A stretch of DNA of 64,000 nucleotides from Deltaproteobacteria bacterium (GTDB lineage: Bacteria; Myxococcota_A; Polyangia; Fen-1088), in contig JANRKS010000005.1 in the NCBI GenBank assembly GCA_033763315.1, forward strand, positions 256,001 to 320,000, read 5' to 3'. Each line of letters starts with the position of its first letter. Within the stretch, counting starts at the first letter, position 1. Made by a program: the position numbers and the translations under genes. This document shows, piece by piece, positions 55,057 to 64,000 of the stretch. The notes under the pieces are model-generated. The model was given only the letters and a program-made list of their open reading frames with translations, searched no databases and was not told the DNA's origin.

Positions 55057-56145
55057 TCACACCGTTGTTTCGAGGCGGGCCCGCTGGCTGTGCCGGTCGC
55101 GCGCCAGCTTGATGAGCTGGGTCACCAACTGGGTTTGAGACACGCCGCCCGCTTCCCACATCTTTGGGTACATCGAGATGGCGGTGAAGCCCGGCAGTGT
55201 GTTCACTTCGTTGAGGTAAACCTCGAACGTGCCGCGCTCGACGAAGAAATCCACGCGCGCCAAACCCGCCAGATCGAGAATGGCAAAGATCTTCACAGAC
55301 AGATCTTGAATGAGCTCCAACACTTCATCGGGCAGGGGCGCGGGAATTTGCACGTGCGAGCCAGCGGCGTCGATGTACTTGGCTTCGTAAGAGTAAAAGC
55401 CATCCTTGTGGGTCACGATGACTTCTCCGGGCACGGAGGCCTTCGGGGTCTCGTTGCCCAGCACGGCGCATTCCACCTCGCGCGCGTTGATCGCGGCCTC
55501 CACCAACACTTTGGTGTCGAAGCGAAAGGCCAGCGCCAGGGCTTTGTGCAACTCGTCCGGCTTGCTCACGCGTGAAACACCCACAGACGAGCCCGCGTTC
55601 GCCGGTTTCACGAACATCGGGTAGGCCAGCGACGCCGCGTTTCGCGCCACTTCGTCGGGCGCTTCTTTGTATTGATGGGCCGTGATGCACTGCCACGGGA
55701 CCACAGGAATGTCCGCCTGGGCCAAGAGGCGCTTGGCCACGTCTTTGTCCATCCCCATGGCCGACCCCAACGCGCCCGATCCCACGTAAGCCACGCCCGC
55801 CATATCCAGCAACCCTTGCAGCCGCCCATCTTCCCCGTAGGCGCCGTGCAGAACAGGGAACACCACCGTGTCCCCCCCGAACAAGCCATCATCGCTCGGA
55901 CACACGGGCACCATGGCTGGCGGGCTGCCCTCCGGCAATTTCAATGTGCGCGGATCACCCGTGGCCGAAAGCAAAAACGCCTCTGATTCGTGTCGCCAAC
56001 GGCCCTGCTTGTCGATGCTCACCAGCACCGGTTCGAAGCGTTCGCGGTCAAGCGCCACCAAAACGTTGCGCGCCGACAGCAATGAAATCTCATGCTCTGT
56101 TGAACGACCACCAAACAAAATCACGACGCGGGTTTTGTGGCTCAC
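55057..56145 (-). CDS. ddl: D-alanine--D-alanine ligase
   Basis: GGRSTEHEIS, PVLHGAYGEDG, KPANAGSSVG, FYSYEAKY, NEVNTLPGFT..SMYP. Confidence 0.96.
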   Translation of the reverse strand: MSHKTRVVILFGGRSTEHEISLLSARNVLVALDRERFEPVLVSIDKQGRWRHESEAFLLSATGDPRTLKLPEGSPPAMVPVCPSDDGLFGGDTVVFPVLHGAYGEDGRLQGLLDMAGVAYVGSGALGSAMGMDKDVAKRLLAQADIPVVPWQCITAHQYKEAPDEVARNAASLAYPMFVKPANAGSSVGVSRVSKPDELHKALALAFRFDTKVLVEAAINAREVECAVLGNETPKASVPGEVIVTHKDGFYSYEAKYIDAAGSHVQIPAPLPDEVLELIQDLSVKIFAILDLAGLARVDFFVERGTFEVYLNEVNTLPGFTAISMYPKMWEAGGVSQTQLVTQLIKLARDRHSQRARLETTV

Positions 56146-56169
56146 GGGGAAAATCCTTTGCGGGGCGGG

Positions 56170-58320
56170 TTAAAGGCCAAGTTCCGCGAACAAGAACGCA
56201 AGTTCGTCCACATATTGGGCCAAGACCTTCGACAACGGCTTACCAGCACCATGACCTGCCTGGCTTTCCAGACGCAAGAAAATGGGGTGTTTCGATGAAT
56301 TTTGGGCCTGCAGCAGGGCCGTCATTTTGCGGGCGTGCATGGGATCCACCCGCGTGTCCGACGCGGCCGTCACAAACATGGTGGCGGGATACGCCGTGTT
56401 CGGCCGTGCGTTGTGGTAGGGCGAGTAAGCGCGCAGCCAGGTGAACTCATCAGGCTTTTCGGGATCGCCGTATTCAGGCACCCAAAGCTTGGCGATTCGA
56501 AACTTAGGGTAGCGAATCATGTCGAGAAGCGGCACGCCGCAAATGGCGGCACGAAACAGATCGGGCCGCTGCGTGATGGCGGCGCCCACCAGCAGGCCGC
56601 CATTGGAACGACCTTCGATCGCCAACCGATCGGCTGCCACCAACTTCTGCGCGCGAAGATATTCGGCCGCGGCGATCACGTCATCGAACACGTTTTGTTT
56701 TTTGCCAAGCATGCCCGCTTGGTGCCACGCCTCGCCATATTCACCACCCCCGCGCAGGTTGGCAACAGCAAACACAACGCCCTTTTCAAGCAAGGGCACA
56801 GCGTGTGCGTTGAACCAGGGGCTCAGGCTAATGTTGAAGCCGCCGTAACCATAAAGCACAGCGGCGTTGCGACCATCGGGCGGCGTGGATTTCTTGTGCA
56901 CCAAGAACAACGGGATCTTGGTGCCATCTTTAGATGCATAGAACTCTTGCCGCACCACAAAGTCATTGGGGTTGATCGGCATGTCCAGCCGCGCCCACTC
57001 CTGGGGCGCCTGGTGAGGCTGCGCTTTTGCGCGCAGCTTAAAGATCGTGTTGGGCGCCACGAACGATGAATAGCTATAGAACACTTCGTCGCTGCGCGGA
57101 TCGCCGGTGATGCTGCCAACCGTGCCAAGCGCGGGCAACACCACTTCACCCAACGCCTTGCCGTGCAGGGAATACACACGCAACCGCGAGGCCGCGTCGG
57201 CCAGAGTTTGCGTGATCAAAACGCTTTTCGTCACAACCACCGTCTCAAGCGTCTCGTTCGTCTCGGGCAGCAACAAGCGCCAATCGGCGCGCGCGGGCTT
57301 GGCCGCATTGACCTCGAACACGCGGTAGCGAGGCGCACCCTCATTCGTGATCACATAAAAGCGATCGTTGGTCATCTCAACAATGCTGTAGATGGCGTCT
57401 TGGCCGGTGACCATCGCCTGCAAGCCTCTTTCCGGACGCCGCCGATCCAACAAAAACATCTCGGACTTTGACCAGCCTTGCGACACCACAATGCCGAGAT
57501 ACCGGCCGTCGGGCGAGATCGAAACATTCGGCCAATCGGTCATGTCGCGCGCGTGAGCGGGCGTGGGGAACACCAGCGCGTCGGCGCTGGGATCGGCACC
57601 GATGTTGTGCAGGTAAACGCTGCGGTGGTATTGATCTTCGCCTTTAGGCAGCGTGCCCGGTGCAGGGTAACGGGTGTAGTAGAAGCTCTTTTCGTCGGGC
57701 AGCCACGCGATTGAAGCGGCGCGCGCGTAAGGGATCTCGTCAGGCAGATCAACGCCCGTCTTTACATCACGCACACGCAGCACCGAGTTTTCGCTGCCGT
57801 CCGCCGAAACGCCATACGCCAAGCGGGCGCCGCTGTCCGAAGGTGTCCACCAATCAAGTGATCGCGTGCCGTCTTTGGCCAGCGTGTTCACGTCGACCAG
57901 CACGCGCTCGCCCTTGGCGTCGCGCACGTAAAGCACGGGTTGATTCTGTTGCCCCTGCCGACGCGTATAGAACAGCGGCCGGGTTTTGCCTTTGCCGCGC
58001 GCCAACGGCGTGCCCAAGGATCCTGCGTCGAACAGCGACTTGAGCCGCGCTTCGATAGCCTCGCGGCCGGGCAGCTTTGACACCACTTGCTCCGTCAAAG
58101 CGTTTTGCGCCGCCGTCCAGTGCTTCACCTCTTCCGCATCGCCGTCCTCAAGCCAGCGGTAGGGATCGGCCACGGCCTGGCCATGCAGTTTTTCAACGAT
58201 GTTTTCGCGCCGGGTGGGCACGGGGACGGAATCGGGGGTTGATTTGTTCACAGGAGGCACAAGGGGAGGGGGGCCGCAAAGAACACCAAGCACAATGGCA
58301 AGCCACATGAGGTTCATCAT
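56170..58320 (-). CDS. Prolyl oligopeptidase (S9A), exported
   Basis: DPYRWLED, YGYGGF, RGGGEYG, GRSNGG, DTRV, AGHG catalytic triad motifs. Confidence 0.95.
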   Translation of the reverse strand: MMNLMWLAIVLGVLCGPPPLVPPVNKSTPDSVPVPTRRENIVEKLHGQAVADPYRWLEDGDAEEVKHWTAAQNALTEQVVSKLPGREAIEARLKSLFDAGSLGTPLARGKGKTRPLFYTRRQGQQNQPVLYVRDAKGERVLVDVNTLAKDGTRSLDWWTPSDSGARLAYGVSADGSENSVLRVRDVKTGVDLPDEIPYARAASIAWLPDEKSFYYTRYPAPGTLPKGEDQYHRSVYLHNIGADPSADALVFPTPAHARDMTDWPNVSISPDGRYLGIVVSQGWSKSEMFLLDRRRPERGLQAMVTGQDAIYSIVEMTNDRFYVITNEGAPRYRVFEVNAAKPARADWRLLLPETNETLETVVVTKSVLITQTLADAASRLRVYSLHGKALGEVVLPALGTVGSITGDPRSDEVFYSYSSFVAPNTIFKLRAKAQPHQAPQEWARLDMPINPNDFVVRQEFYASKDGTKIPLFLVHKKSTPPDGRNAAVLYGYGGFNISLSPWFNAHAVPLLEKGVVFAVANLRGGGEYGEAWHQAGMLGKKQNVFDDVIAAAEYLRAQKLVAADRLAIEGRSNGGLLVGAAITQRPDLFRAAICGVPLLDMIRYPKFRIAKLWVPEYGDPEKPDEFTWLRAYSPYHNARPNTAYPATMFVTAASDTRVDPMHARKMTALLQAQNSSKHPIFLRLESQAGHGAGKPLSKVLAQYVDELAFLFAELGL

Positions 58321-58353
58321 GAACCAAGGCGGGCCTGATGCGAACCTTTGTGA

Positions 58354-59004
58354 TCACGACTTTGTTGGTGGCGCGCCCGATTCGATGCCACCCAGCAGGT
58401 GCTTTACCAGGGACCGCGTCATGGCCTCGGCGGTGACCGCTTCGCACAACGGCGGCGGCAGCGCGCGATCGCTTAACAACATGCCAAAACCGTGCACCAT
58501 CGACCAACACGACAGCGCCATTTCATCCACATCGCCCGCGCGAAACGCGCCCGCGGCCACGCCATCGGCCACCAGGGTGCGCAACACGCCATATGCGGTT
58601 TCGCCGGCGATGCGCAGGCTTTGCGGTGCGTGCTCTTTATCCACCACCCCGCCGAAGATCACGCGCAGATACGCAGGGTGGGCTAGGGCAAAGTTTACGT
58701 AGGCAACCGCCATCTCTGCCAGCCGCTTTGCGAAGGCGGCTGGTGTGGGCGGCGTTGAGGCTTGCAAGGCGGCGGTCAGCAAGGCGAACCCCTCTTCGGC
58801 GATGGCCGCCACCAGGGCTTCTTTGTCTGCAAAGTGCCGGTAGGGGGCCGCGTGGCTCACACCCGCCAGTTGGGCGGCCGCCCGCAGGCTGAGGTTGGCG
58901 ACGCCCCCTTCGGACAACAAGCGCAGCCCGGCTTGAATCAGGGCGTGTCGGAGGTTGCCGTGCTGATACGCATGCGCAGGTTTTTTGGGAACTCGAATCG
59001 CCAT
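58354..59004 (-). CDS. TetR family regulator (WHG-type C-terminal domain)
   Basis: YQHGNLR..LSLRAAAQLAGVSHAAPYRHF; WSMVHG. Confidence 0.93.
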   Translation of the reverse strand: MAIRVPKKPAHAYQHGNLRHALIQAGLRLLSEGGVANLSLRAAAQLAGVSHAAPYRHFADKEALVAAIAEEGFALLTAALQASTPPTPAAFAKRLAEMAVAYVNFALAHPAYLRVIFGGVVDKEHAPQSLRIAGETAYGVLRTLVADGVAAGAFRAGDVDEMALSCWSMVHGFGMLLSDRALPPPLCEAVTAEAMTRSLVKHLLGGIESGAPPTKS

Positions 59005-59021
59005 GTCTTTGAAATCATAGC

Positions 59022-59084
59022 ATGTTTTCAGTGTCTACAAATAATGTTTGCGATGTCTACATAATATGTGTACGGTGTAAACAT
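59022..59084. promoter_or_regulatory. Three tandem 19-bp palindromic TetR operators, 22-bp period
   Basis: ATGTTTTC-AGT-GTCTACAA (59022), ATGTTTGC-GAT-GTCTACAT (59044), ATGTGTAC-GGT-GTAAACAT (59066). Confidence 0.8.
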
Positions 59085-59104
59085 AATCAACCAAGGACAC
59101 CACG

Positions 59105-60094
59105 ATGATGAAGAACCCGCACGAGACCACCTTTCAGGCTTTGTGGCGCCAGGCTTTGCAGGGCAGCCGTTTGTTGATGGGCGTGGCAGCCAGCTCAAGT
59201 CTGCTGTTGGCGGTCTGCCTGGCGATGCAAATGTTGGACGCCCGTATGATTGACGGTGTTTCAGTCTGGGCCAAGCCGGCCAAGTTTGCCGCCAGCGTGG
59301 TTGCGGGTGCGCCCGTGTTGGCGTGGATCTTGTGGCTGGTGGGGCCGCAGACAAAAGGCCGACGGATCATGTCTTCCATCTTCGCGGGGGCCTTCGTGTT
59401 GGAGCTTGTGCTCATCACGATGCAGGCCGCGCGTGGCGTGCCGAGCCACTTTAACGTGGCGACGCGTTTTGACGGGTTCGTTTTCACAGTGATGGGGGCC
59501 GCCATCACACTGTTCTGGTTAACCCAGCTTTGGTTGACCTACAAAAGCTTTAGGCACACGTTCGCAAACCGCGTGATCGGTTGGAGTGTGCGCTGGGCGT
59601 TGTTGATCGCGAGCCTTGGCGCCGCGGTGGCGTTCGCGATGCCTCAACGTGTGAGCCCCAAGCAACAAGAAGCCGTTCTTGCTGGACAGGCCACGACGAT
59701 TGGCGGCCACGCGGTGGGTGTGGAAGATGGTGGGCCAGGGTTGCCGGTCACGCGCTGGAGCGTCAAAGGCGGCGATCTGCGCGTGCCACATTTCCTCGGC
59801 CTGCACGCTTTGCAAATTCTGCCGCTGCTTGGCTGGGCGGTGTCGCGTCGACGTCCGCGCAAGGGCGTGCGCATCGTCAATGGTATTGGCGTGGCTTACC
59901 TGGGCCTTGTGGTTACCACGTTTGTTCAAGCCCAACGGGCGCGTCCACTTCATGCACCGGATGCCGTCACGCTGTGGCTGCTGGCCGCCGTTGTGGCGGT
60001 CGCCGCGGCCGTGCTGTGGTGGCCTCGGCGGCGTGCGGAGCTAAGGCAGGAACTTCGAGTCGATGATCACCGTGTCCATGATTTGGTCGCTTAG
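59105..60094 (+). CDS. Conserved multi-pass membrane protein
   Basis: AAGGA RBS; WAKPAKF, QAARGVPSHFN, GGHAVG, GGDLRVPHFLGLHALQ. Confidence 0.8.
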   Translation: MMKNPHETTFQALWRQALQGSRLLMGVAASSSLLLAVCLAMQMLDARMIDGVSVWAKPAKFAASVVAGAPVLAWILWLVGPQTKGRRIMSSIFAGAFVLELVLITMQAARGVPSHFNVATRFDGFVFTVMGAAITLFWLTQLWLTYKSFRHTFANRVIGWSVRWALLIASLGAAVAFAMPQRVSPKQQEAVLAGQATTIGGHAVGVEDGGPGLPVTRWSVKGGDLRVPHFLGLHALQILPLLGWAVSRRRPRKGVRIVNGIGVAYLGLVVTTFVQAQRARPLHAPDAVTLWLLAAVVAVAAAVLWWPRRRAELRQELRVDDHRVHDLVA

Positions 60095-60706
60095 GCTCAC
60101 TTCGTCGTGCTTGCAAGGCCCGCCCACTTTCACAGATCCAGGCGGTTCGTTGCCTTCTTTGGCGACGCCTTGGGGATCCGTGACACGCACTTGATGTTTT
60201 GTGACAAAGATGTTCACGCGGGTGGTGTCGTGCTGGTGCATCGGAATGTTGTCGCCGGGGTTAACCAACGCGCGCACCACACGGATCTTCTTGTTCTCAA
60301 ACAGCGTCTGATAGTGCTTGTGGTCAATCGCCACGGGATCTAGGTCAGGAAACCGCTTCAGGCGTTTGGCGCCTACCCGATCTTTGATCTCAACCTCGAA
60401 GAAGGACAACGGCGCGGCGCCCAGGTTCTCGATCACATCTCGCGTGCCCGCGGGCCGCCACAGCACGTGCGACACATCGTGGTTTAACGTCAGTGGGCGT
60501 TGCTTTTCGCCGCTTACGCGAACGCTGCCCGTGCTCAGGAAAACGAGCAGGGTGTCGAAGGTCCGGTGCCGTGGCTCCGAACGGGTGCCAGGCTCTTGGC
60601 CTTGTACTTTGGAAATGCGGAACTCGGGCACATCAATGTGAAGTTTGGCCTCGGCGGTCACCACGGGTGAGGCCAAGAGGGCGAGAACAAGCGGCAAGGC
60701 AAACAT
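60041..60706 (-). CDS. Secreted bicupin-like protein
   Basis: Signal peptide; two cupin-like repeats; LFENKKIRV..PGD.IPMHQH. Confidence 0.75.
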   Translation of the reverse strand: MFALPLVLALLASPVVTAEAKLHIDVPEFRISKVQGQEPGTRSEPRHRTFDTLLVFLSTGSVRVSGEKQRPLTLNHDVSHVLWRPAGTRDVIENLGAAPLSFFEVEIKDRVGAKRLKRFPDLDPVAIDHKHYQTLFENKKIRVVRALVNPGDNIPMHQHDTTRVNIFVTKHQVRVTDPQGVAKEGNEPPGSVKVGGPCKHDEVSLSDQIMDTVIIDSKFLP

Positions 60707-60839
60707 GAGTCAAGCTTAGTCAATAAAGGGCCACGCTCCCGCTGGGTGAATCGATGGTCCGAGTCCCTGCGTTTGCAGGTTCAGGATTACCGAGGAAACT
60801 CGGTTCTAATGGCCGCGCAGAAACCCGCTGTTGCGCGGC

Positions 60840-61772
60840 CTAGGGAGACGCCACGCGGCGTTCTGCCGCACGCGCGATCTTGGCGATGTGGCCGCGCAAA
60901 AAGCGGGCGGCGGGATCATCGTTGCTTGCGCTTGGCCAAAGCAGTTCAAGCGGCGTCTTATGCAACTTGAAGGGCAGGCGGCTGGTGCGAAGGTGGGGGT
61001 GTGTTGCCACAATCTGGTGAGCCACAATGGCGGGCACGGTGGCGACCAAAGGCCCGCCCTGCACCAGCAACCCTAACGTAGCGAAGTTGGGCAGTGAACA
61101 CCGCACTTTCCGGCTTTGGCGCAAAACATCCTCAACCACGCCCCGAAGGTCGCCGTTATAAGAGACGATGACGTGCTCCTCGGCAAAATACTGTTCGAGC
61201 GTGATGTGCTTCGTCTTCACGTGGACGTGACGGGGATCGAAGAGGCACACAAAACCGCCGGAAAATAGGGTTTCGCGCATGACCGTCGAAGGCAAATCAT
61301 CTGCCACCGTGACAGCCGCATCCACCCGCCCTGCAGACAACGCTTCGCTCACCGTGCGAAACTGAACCCCAAGCACGATGAGCTGCATGTGGGGCGCTTC
61401 GCGCCGGCACACCTTGAGCAGCGACGGCAGCAGCCAGCCTTCAGTGGCGTCTGACAGGCCTAAACGGAATGTGCGCGTGCTGGTTGCCGGATCAAACCCC
61501 GCTGGGTGCAACGCCGCCGCCAGTAAGGCGTCGAGGTGCGGCCGCGTCTGTTCGAGCAACGCCCTGCCACGTGCGGTGAGTGTGATGCCACGTCCTTGGC
61601 GCACGAACAAGGGCGCGCCAATGGCGTCCGTCAGCCTCCGCAGCGCTGCACTCACCGCTGACTGGGTCAAGTAGAGCTTGGTCGCGGCCGCCGTCACGGT
61701 CTGGCTGTCGGCCACCACGGCGAACACGCGGAGAAGATTTAGATCCAGGTTTATCCCATCAATCTGGTTCAT
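60840..61772 (-). CDS. LysR family regulator
   Basis: LDLNLLRVF..TAAATKLYLTQSAVSAALRRL..LFVR; FDPATS. Confidence 0.95.
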   Translation of the reverse strand: MNQIDGINLDLNLLRVFAVVADSQTVTAAATKLYLTQSAVSAALRRLTDAIGAPLFVRQGRGITLTARGRALLEQTRPHLDALLAAALHPAGFDPATSTRTFRLGLSDATEGWLLPSLLKVCRREAPHMQLIVLGVQFRTVSEALSAGRVDAAVTVADDLPSTVMRETLFSGGFVCLFDPRHVHVKTKHITLEQYFAEEHVIVSYNGDLRGVVEDVLRQSRKVRCSLPNFATLGLLVQGGPLVATVPAIVAHQIVATHPHLRTSRLPFKLHKTPLELLWPSASNDDPAARFLRGHIAKIARAAERRVASP

Positions 61773-61844
61773 GCTTTGTAGTTATCTTATTCGTTGGATT
61801 CATTGGTTGCACGCCCCTAGTCTTGGTTCCGAGGCAAACATCAG

Positions 61845-62840
61845 ATGAAACACGTACAAATGTCCCCCACCTCGCTTGGTGAAACTGGGCCGCTCGTTTC
61901 TCCCTTGGCTTTAGGCTGCATGGGCCTGTCAGGCATGTATGGCCCAAGCCGCGACGACGTCGGCATCGCGACCATCCAGGCGGCACTCGACGCCGGCATC
62001 ACACTGTTAGATACCGGCGACTTTTACGGCATGGGCCAAAACGAGATGTTGATTGCCAAAGCGATCGAAGGCCGCAGGCAATCCGTCCAGTTGTCAGTCA
62101 AGTTTGGCGCCCTGCGCGCGCCCGACGGCAGCTTCGTGGGTGTCGACAACCGGCCAGCCGCCGTAAAAAACTTCGCCGCGTACAGCCTGAAGCGTTTGGG
62201 CGCAGATGTGATCGACATTTACCGGCCGGCGCGGCTCGATCCCAATGTGCCCATCGAAGACACGATTGGCGCCGTTGCAGATCTGGTGAAGCAGGGTTAT
62301 GTGCGGCACATTGGTCTATCCGAAGTTGGTGTGCAAACCGTGCAGCGGGCGAACGCGGTTCATCCAATCTGCGACGTCCAAATCGAATACTCTTTGGTGA
62401 GCCGCCGGCCGGAAGAAAGTCTTTTCCCCGCTTTGCAGGCCATGGGCATCAGTGCCACGCTCTATGGCGTTTTGTCGCGCGGCCTCCTAAGTGGACGCGC
62501 GCCGACGGGGCCCGGCGACTTCCGCGCGCACCTGCCCCGCTTCAGCGGCGACAACGGTGCACAGAACCAACGCTTGGTGCAAAGCGTTCGGCAATTCGCG
62601 GCTGACCGTGGGCAAACCGCCGCCGCGTTGTGTTTGGCATGGGCGCTTGCCAAACAGCCAAACTTCGTGCCGCTTATCGGGCCGCGGACGCCGCAGCAAC
62701 TGGAGGAGTTGCTGGCAGCTCTCGCCAAGCCACTGACCACCGGTGAGGTGCAGGAGCTTGAAACGCTGGTGCCGGCCGCCGCCATCGCAGGCAGCCGCTA
62801 TGCCGAAGCCCACATGGCACATCTCGATAGTGAACGTTAA
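61845..62840 (+). CDS. Aldo/keto reductase
   Basis: LGCMG, LDTGDFYG, VKFG, SLKRLG, IGLSEV, QIEYSL, YGVLSRGLL. Confidence 0.95.
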   Translation: MKHVQMSPTSLGETGPLVSPLALGCMGLSGMYGPSRDDVGIATIQAALDAGITLLDTGDFYGMGQNEMLIAKAIEGRRQSVQLSVKFGALRAPDGSFVGVDNRPAAVKNFAAYSLKRLGADVIDIYRPARLDPNVPIEDTIGAVADLVKQGYVRHIGLSEVGVQTVQRANAVHPICDVQIEYSLVSRRPEESLFPALQAMGISATLYGVLSRGLLSGRAPTGPGDFRAHLPRFSGDNGAQNQRLVQSVRQFAADRGQTAAALCLAWALAKQPNFVPLIGPRTPQQLEELLAALAKPLTTGEVQELETLVPAAAIAGSRYAEAHMAHLDSER

Positions 62841-62864
62841 CGCCACCATCTTGAGGTTTGCTGT

Positions 62865-64000
62865 TCACCAAGAGTCCACTTTCAGCGCCGCCTCCAAGCG
62901 TGCCAACGCCAAAGCGTAGACATTCAATACCCGTTGCTTTTCTGCGGCGCTTGCGAAAACCCCCGTGGTCGCAACCTTCATCTGTTGCCCGAGCAGTTGC
63001 TTGCGAATGAACTCCGCGTCTGCGCGCACGAATGTCTTTCGGCCGGCGACGTTGACGTAGACGGGGCTCGTGTGTGCAAACAGGGGCGCGCCCAACTCGT
63101 TCTTCAGCACGCCAGCCGTGGTGCCGGTGTTCGGGGGCACGCGTGCGGTGAGCCACGATGATTCTGCGATGTCCACAGCGGCGTTGAACTCGGCAACAAA
63201 AGTGTCGCCTTGCTTGCTTGCCGCGACGCTGGCGATCACTTTGCCATTGCGGATCACCTCAAGCGCTCCAAAGTCCATCCGAGCCACGGCCTTCGCGCGC
63301 ACGGGAACAGACGCGTGCGCCGCGAGGTCAAGCGTGTCACCGATGGTTTGGTCGCCCACGTGTAAAGACAAGAGGGCGCCGTTGGTAATGAAGCTGCGGC
63401 CTTCGGTCAATGGCTTTAACCAATCGCCCGCATCACGCATGTCAGGCACGTGCACATAAACGCGTGAAAAGTCGTACAAGAACCAATCGGTGCCAGTGGA
63501 AAAGGGCACGCGCAAACCGACGTTCAAAAAGCGATAAAAGGTATCGGCGTAAAGGCCATGCTCCGCCGGATCGCCGTCGAAGATGTTCACTGCCTGCGCT
63601 CGTTCCAAAATGACGCTTGCCACGCCTTCAGTGCCCTGCGTGTTATGACACCAAAGCACGGTGGCCCCTTGCTCACGTGCCATGTCAGCGCCCGTCTGCA
63701 GGGGCCAGCCGTCCGTGCCCCACTTCATGATGCCCGGACCAATGCTCACCGGTCGAATGAGTTTGCGTACGTTCAGGAACAACTGGTGACCATAACCTTC
63801 GCCGAAGGATGAGAAGTTGTGGCGTTGTTCTTCGCCGCTTCCGAAGATCACTCCCGTGCTATGGGTGAGCTCAGCCAGATCCGCATCGCTGTAACCATTG
63901 GTGACGTAATCGCGGTCCACGTCAGCGCGCTCGAGGTAAGAAAGAAACAATACCTGCAACCCATCGGCCGCGGGAACCTCCTTTAGATAACGCTCGGCCT
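62865..64000 (-). CDS. CehA/McbA-family (PHP-like) metallohydrolase, 5' end outside window
   Basis: Frame open to window edge; GEE.RH, WCH, STGTDW, GRSFITNG, FAHTSPVYV. Confidence 0.8.
   Translation of the reverse strand, partial: AERYLKEVPAADGLQVLFLSYLERADVDRDYVTNGYSDADLAELTHSTGVIFGSGEEQRHNFSSFGEGYGHQLFLNVRKLIRPVSIGPGIMKWGTDGWPLQTGADMAREQGATVLWCHNTQGTEGVASVILERAQAVNIFDGDPAEHGLYADTFYRFLNVGLRVPFSTGTDWFLYDFSRVYVHVPDMRDAGDWLKPLTEGRSFITNGALLSLHVGDQTIGDTLDLAAHASVPVRAKAVARMDFGALEVIRNGKVIASVAASKQGDTFVAEFNAAVDIAESSWLTARVPPNTGTTAGVLKNELGAPLFAHTSPVYVNVAGRKTFVRADAEFIRKQLLGQQMKVATTGVFASAAEKQRVLNVYALALARLEAALKVDSW

Noticed and set aside
55057-56145. Van-type D-Ala-D-Lac ligase
   Set aside because: The omega loop YEAKY is of the D-Ala-D-Ala type, and there are no vanH/vanX/vanRS neighbours.
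59022-59084. Periodic AT-rich repeats as a mini-CRISPR array
   Set aside because: The 22-bp period leaves only 3-nt gaps, so there are no spacers, and no cas genes are present; the repeats fit a TetR operator.

Overview
This GC-rich window looks like a Myxococcota (probably Polyangia-like) chromosome segment, judged by MYXO-CTERM tails, DUF4215/MopE Cys-rich repeats, an FHA-sigma54 activator and Gly-rich lipoprotein linkers. It holds about 48 CDSs, including lysA, ddl, a prolyl oligopeptidase, an aldo/keto reductase and GH78/GH39 glycosidases. I saw no rRNA, tRNA, CRISPR array or transposase. The main candidate new system occurs twice as a six-gene module (10.7-18.0 kb and 31.2-38.2 kb): ECF sigma, single-TM TPR anti-sigma, outer-membrane barrel-like protein, variable surface lipoprotein, and a DUF1592-family haem lipoprotein paired with a Tat-exported DUF1552 protein. 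In each copy a module-specific promoter-like motif with identical spacing lies in front of both the sigma gene and the DUF1592-DUF1552 operon. In copy A the lipoprotein appears to be a glycoside hydrolase lacking its catalytic glutamates. This suggests a trans-envelope glycan-sensing circuit without a TonB-dependent receptor, whose output is the DUF1592/DUF1552 pair. Other notable items are a kinase/FHA-enhancer cassette whose two flanking genes share sigma54 promoters and TGGCAC-N-GTGCCA enhancer sites, three sigma28-type promoters on a split HK/RR/HDOD set, an integrin-like vWA adhesin pair and a 22-bp-phased triple TetR operator. All family assignments come from motif recognition by eye, not database searches.
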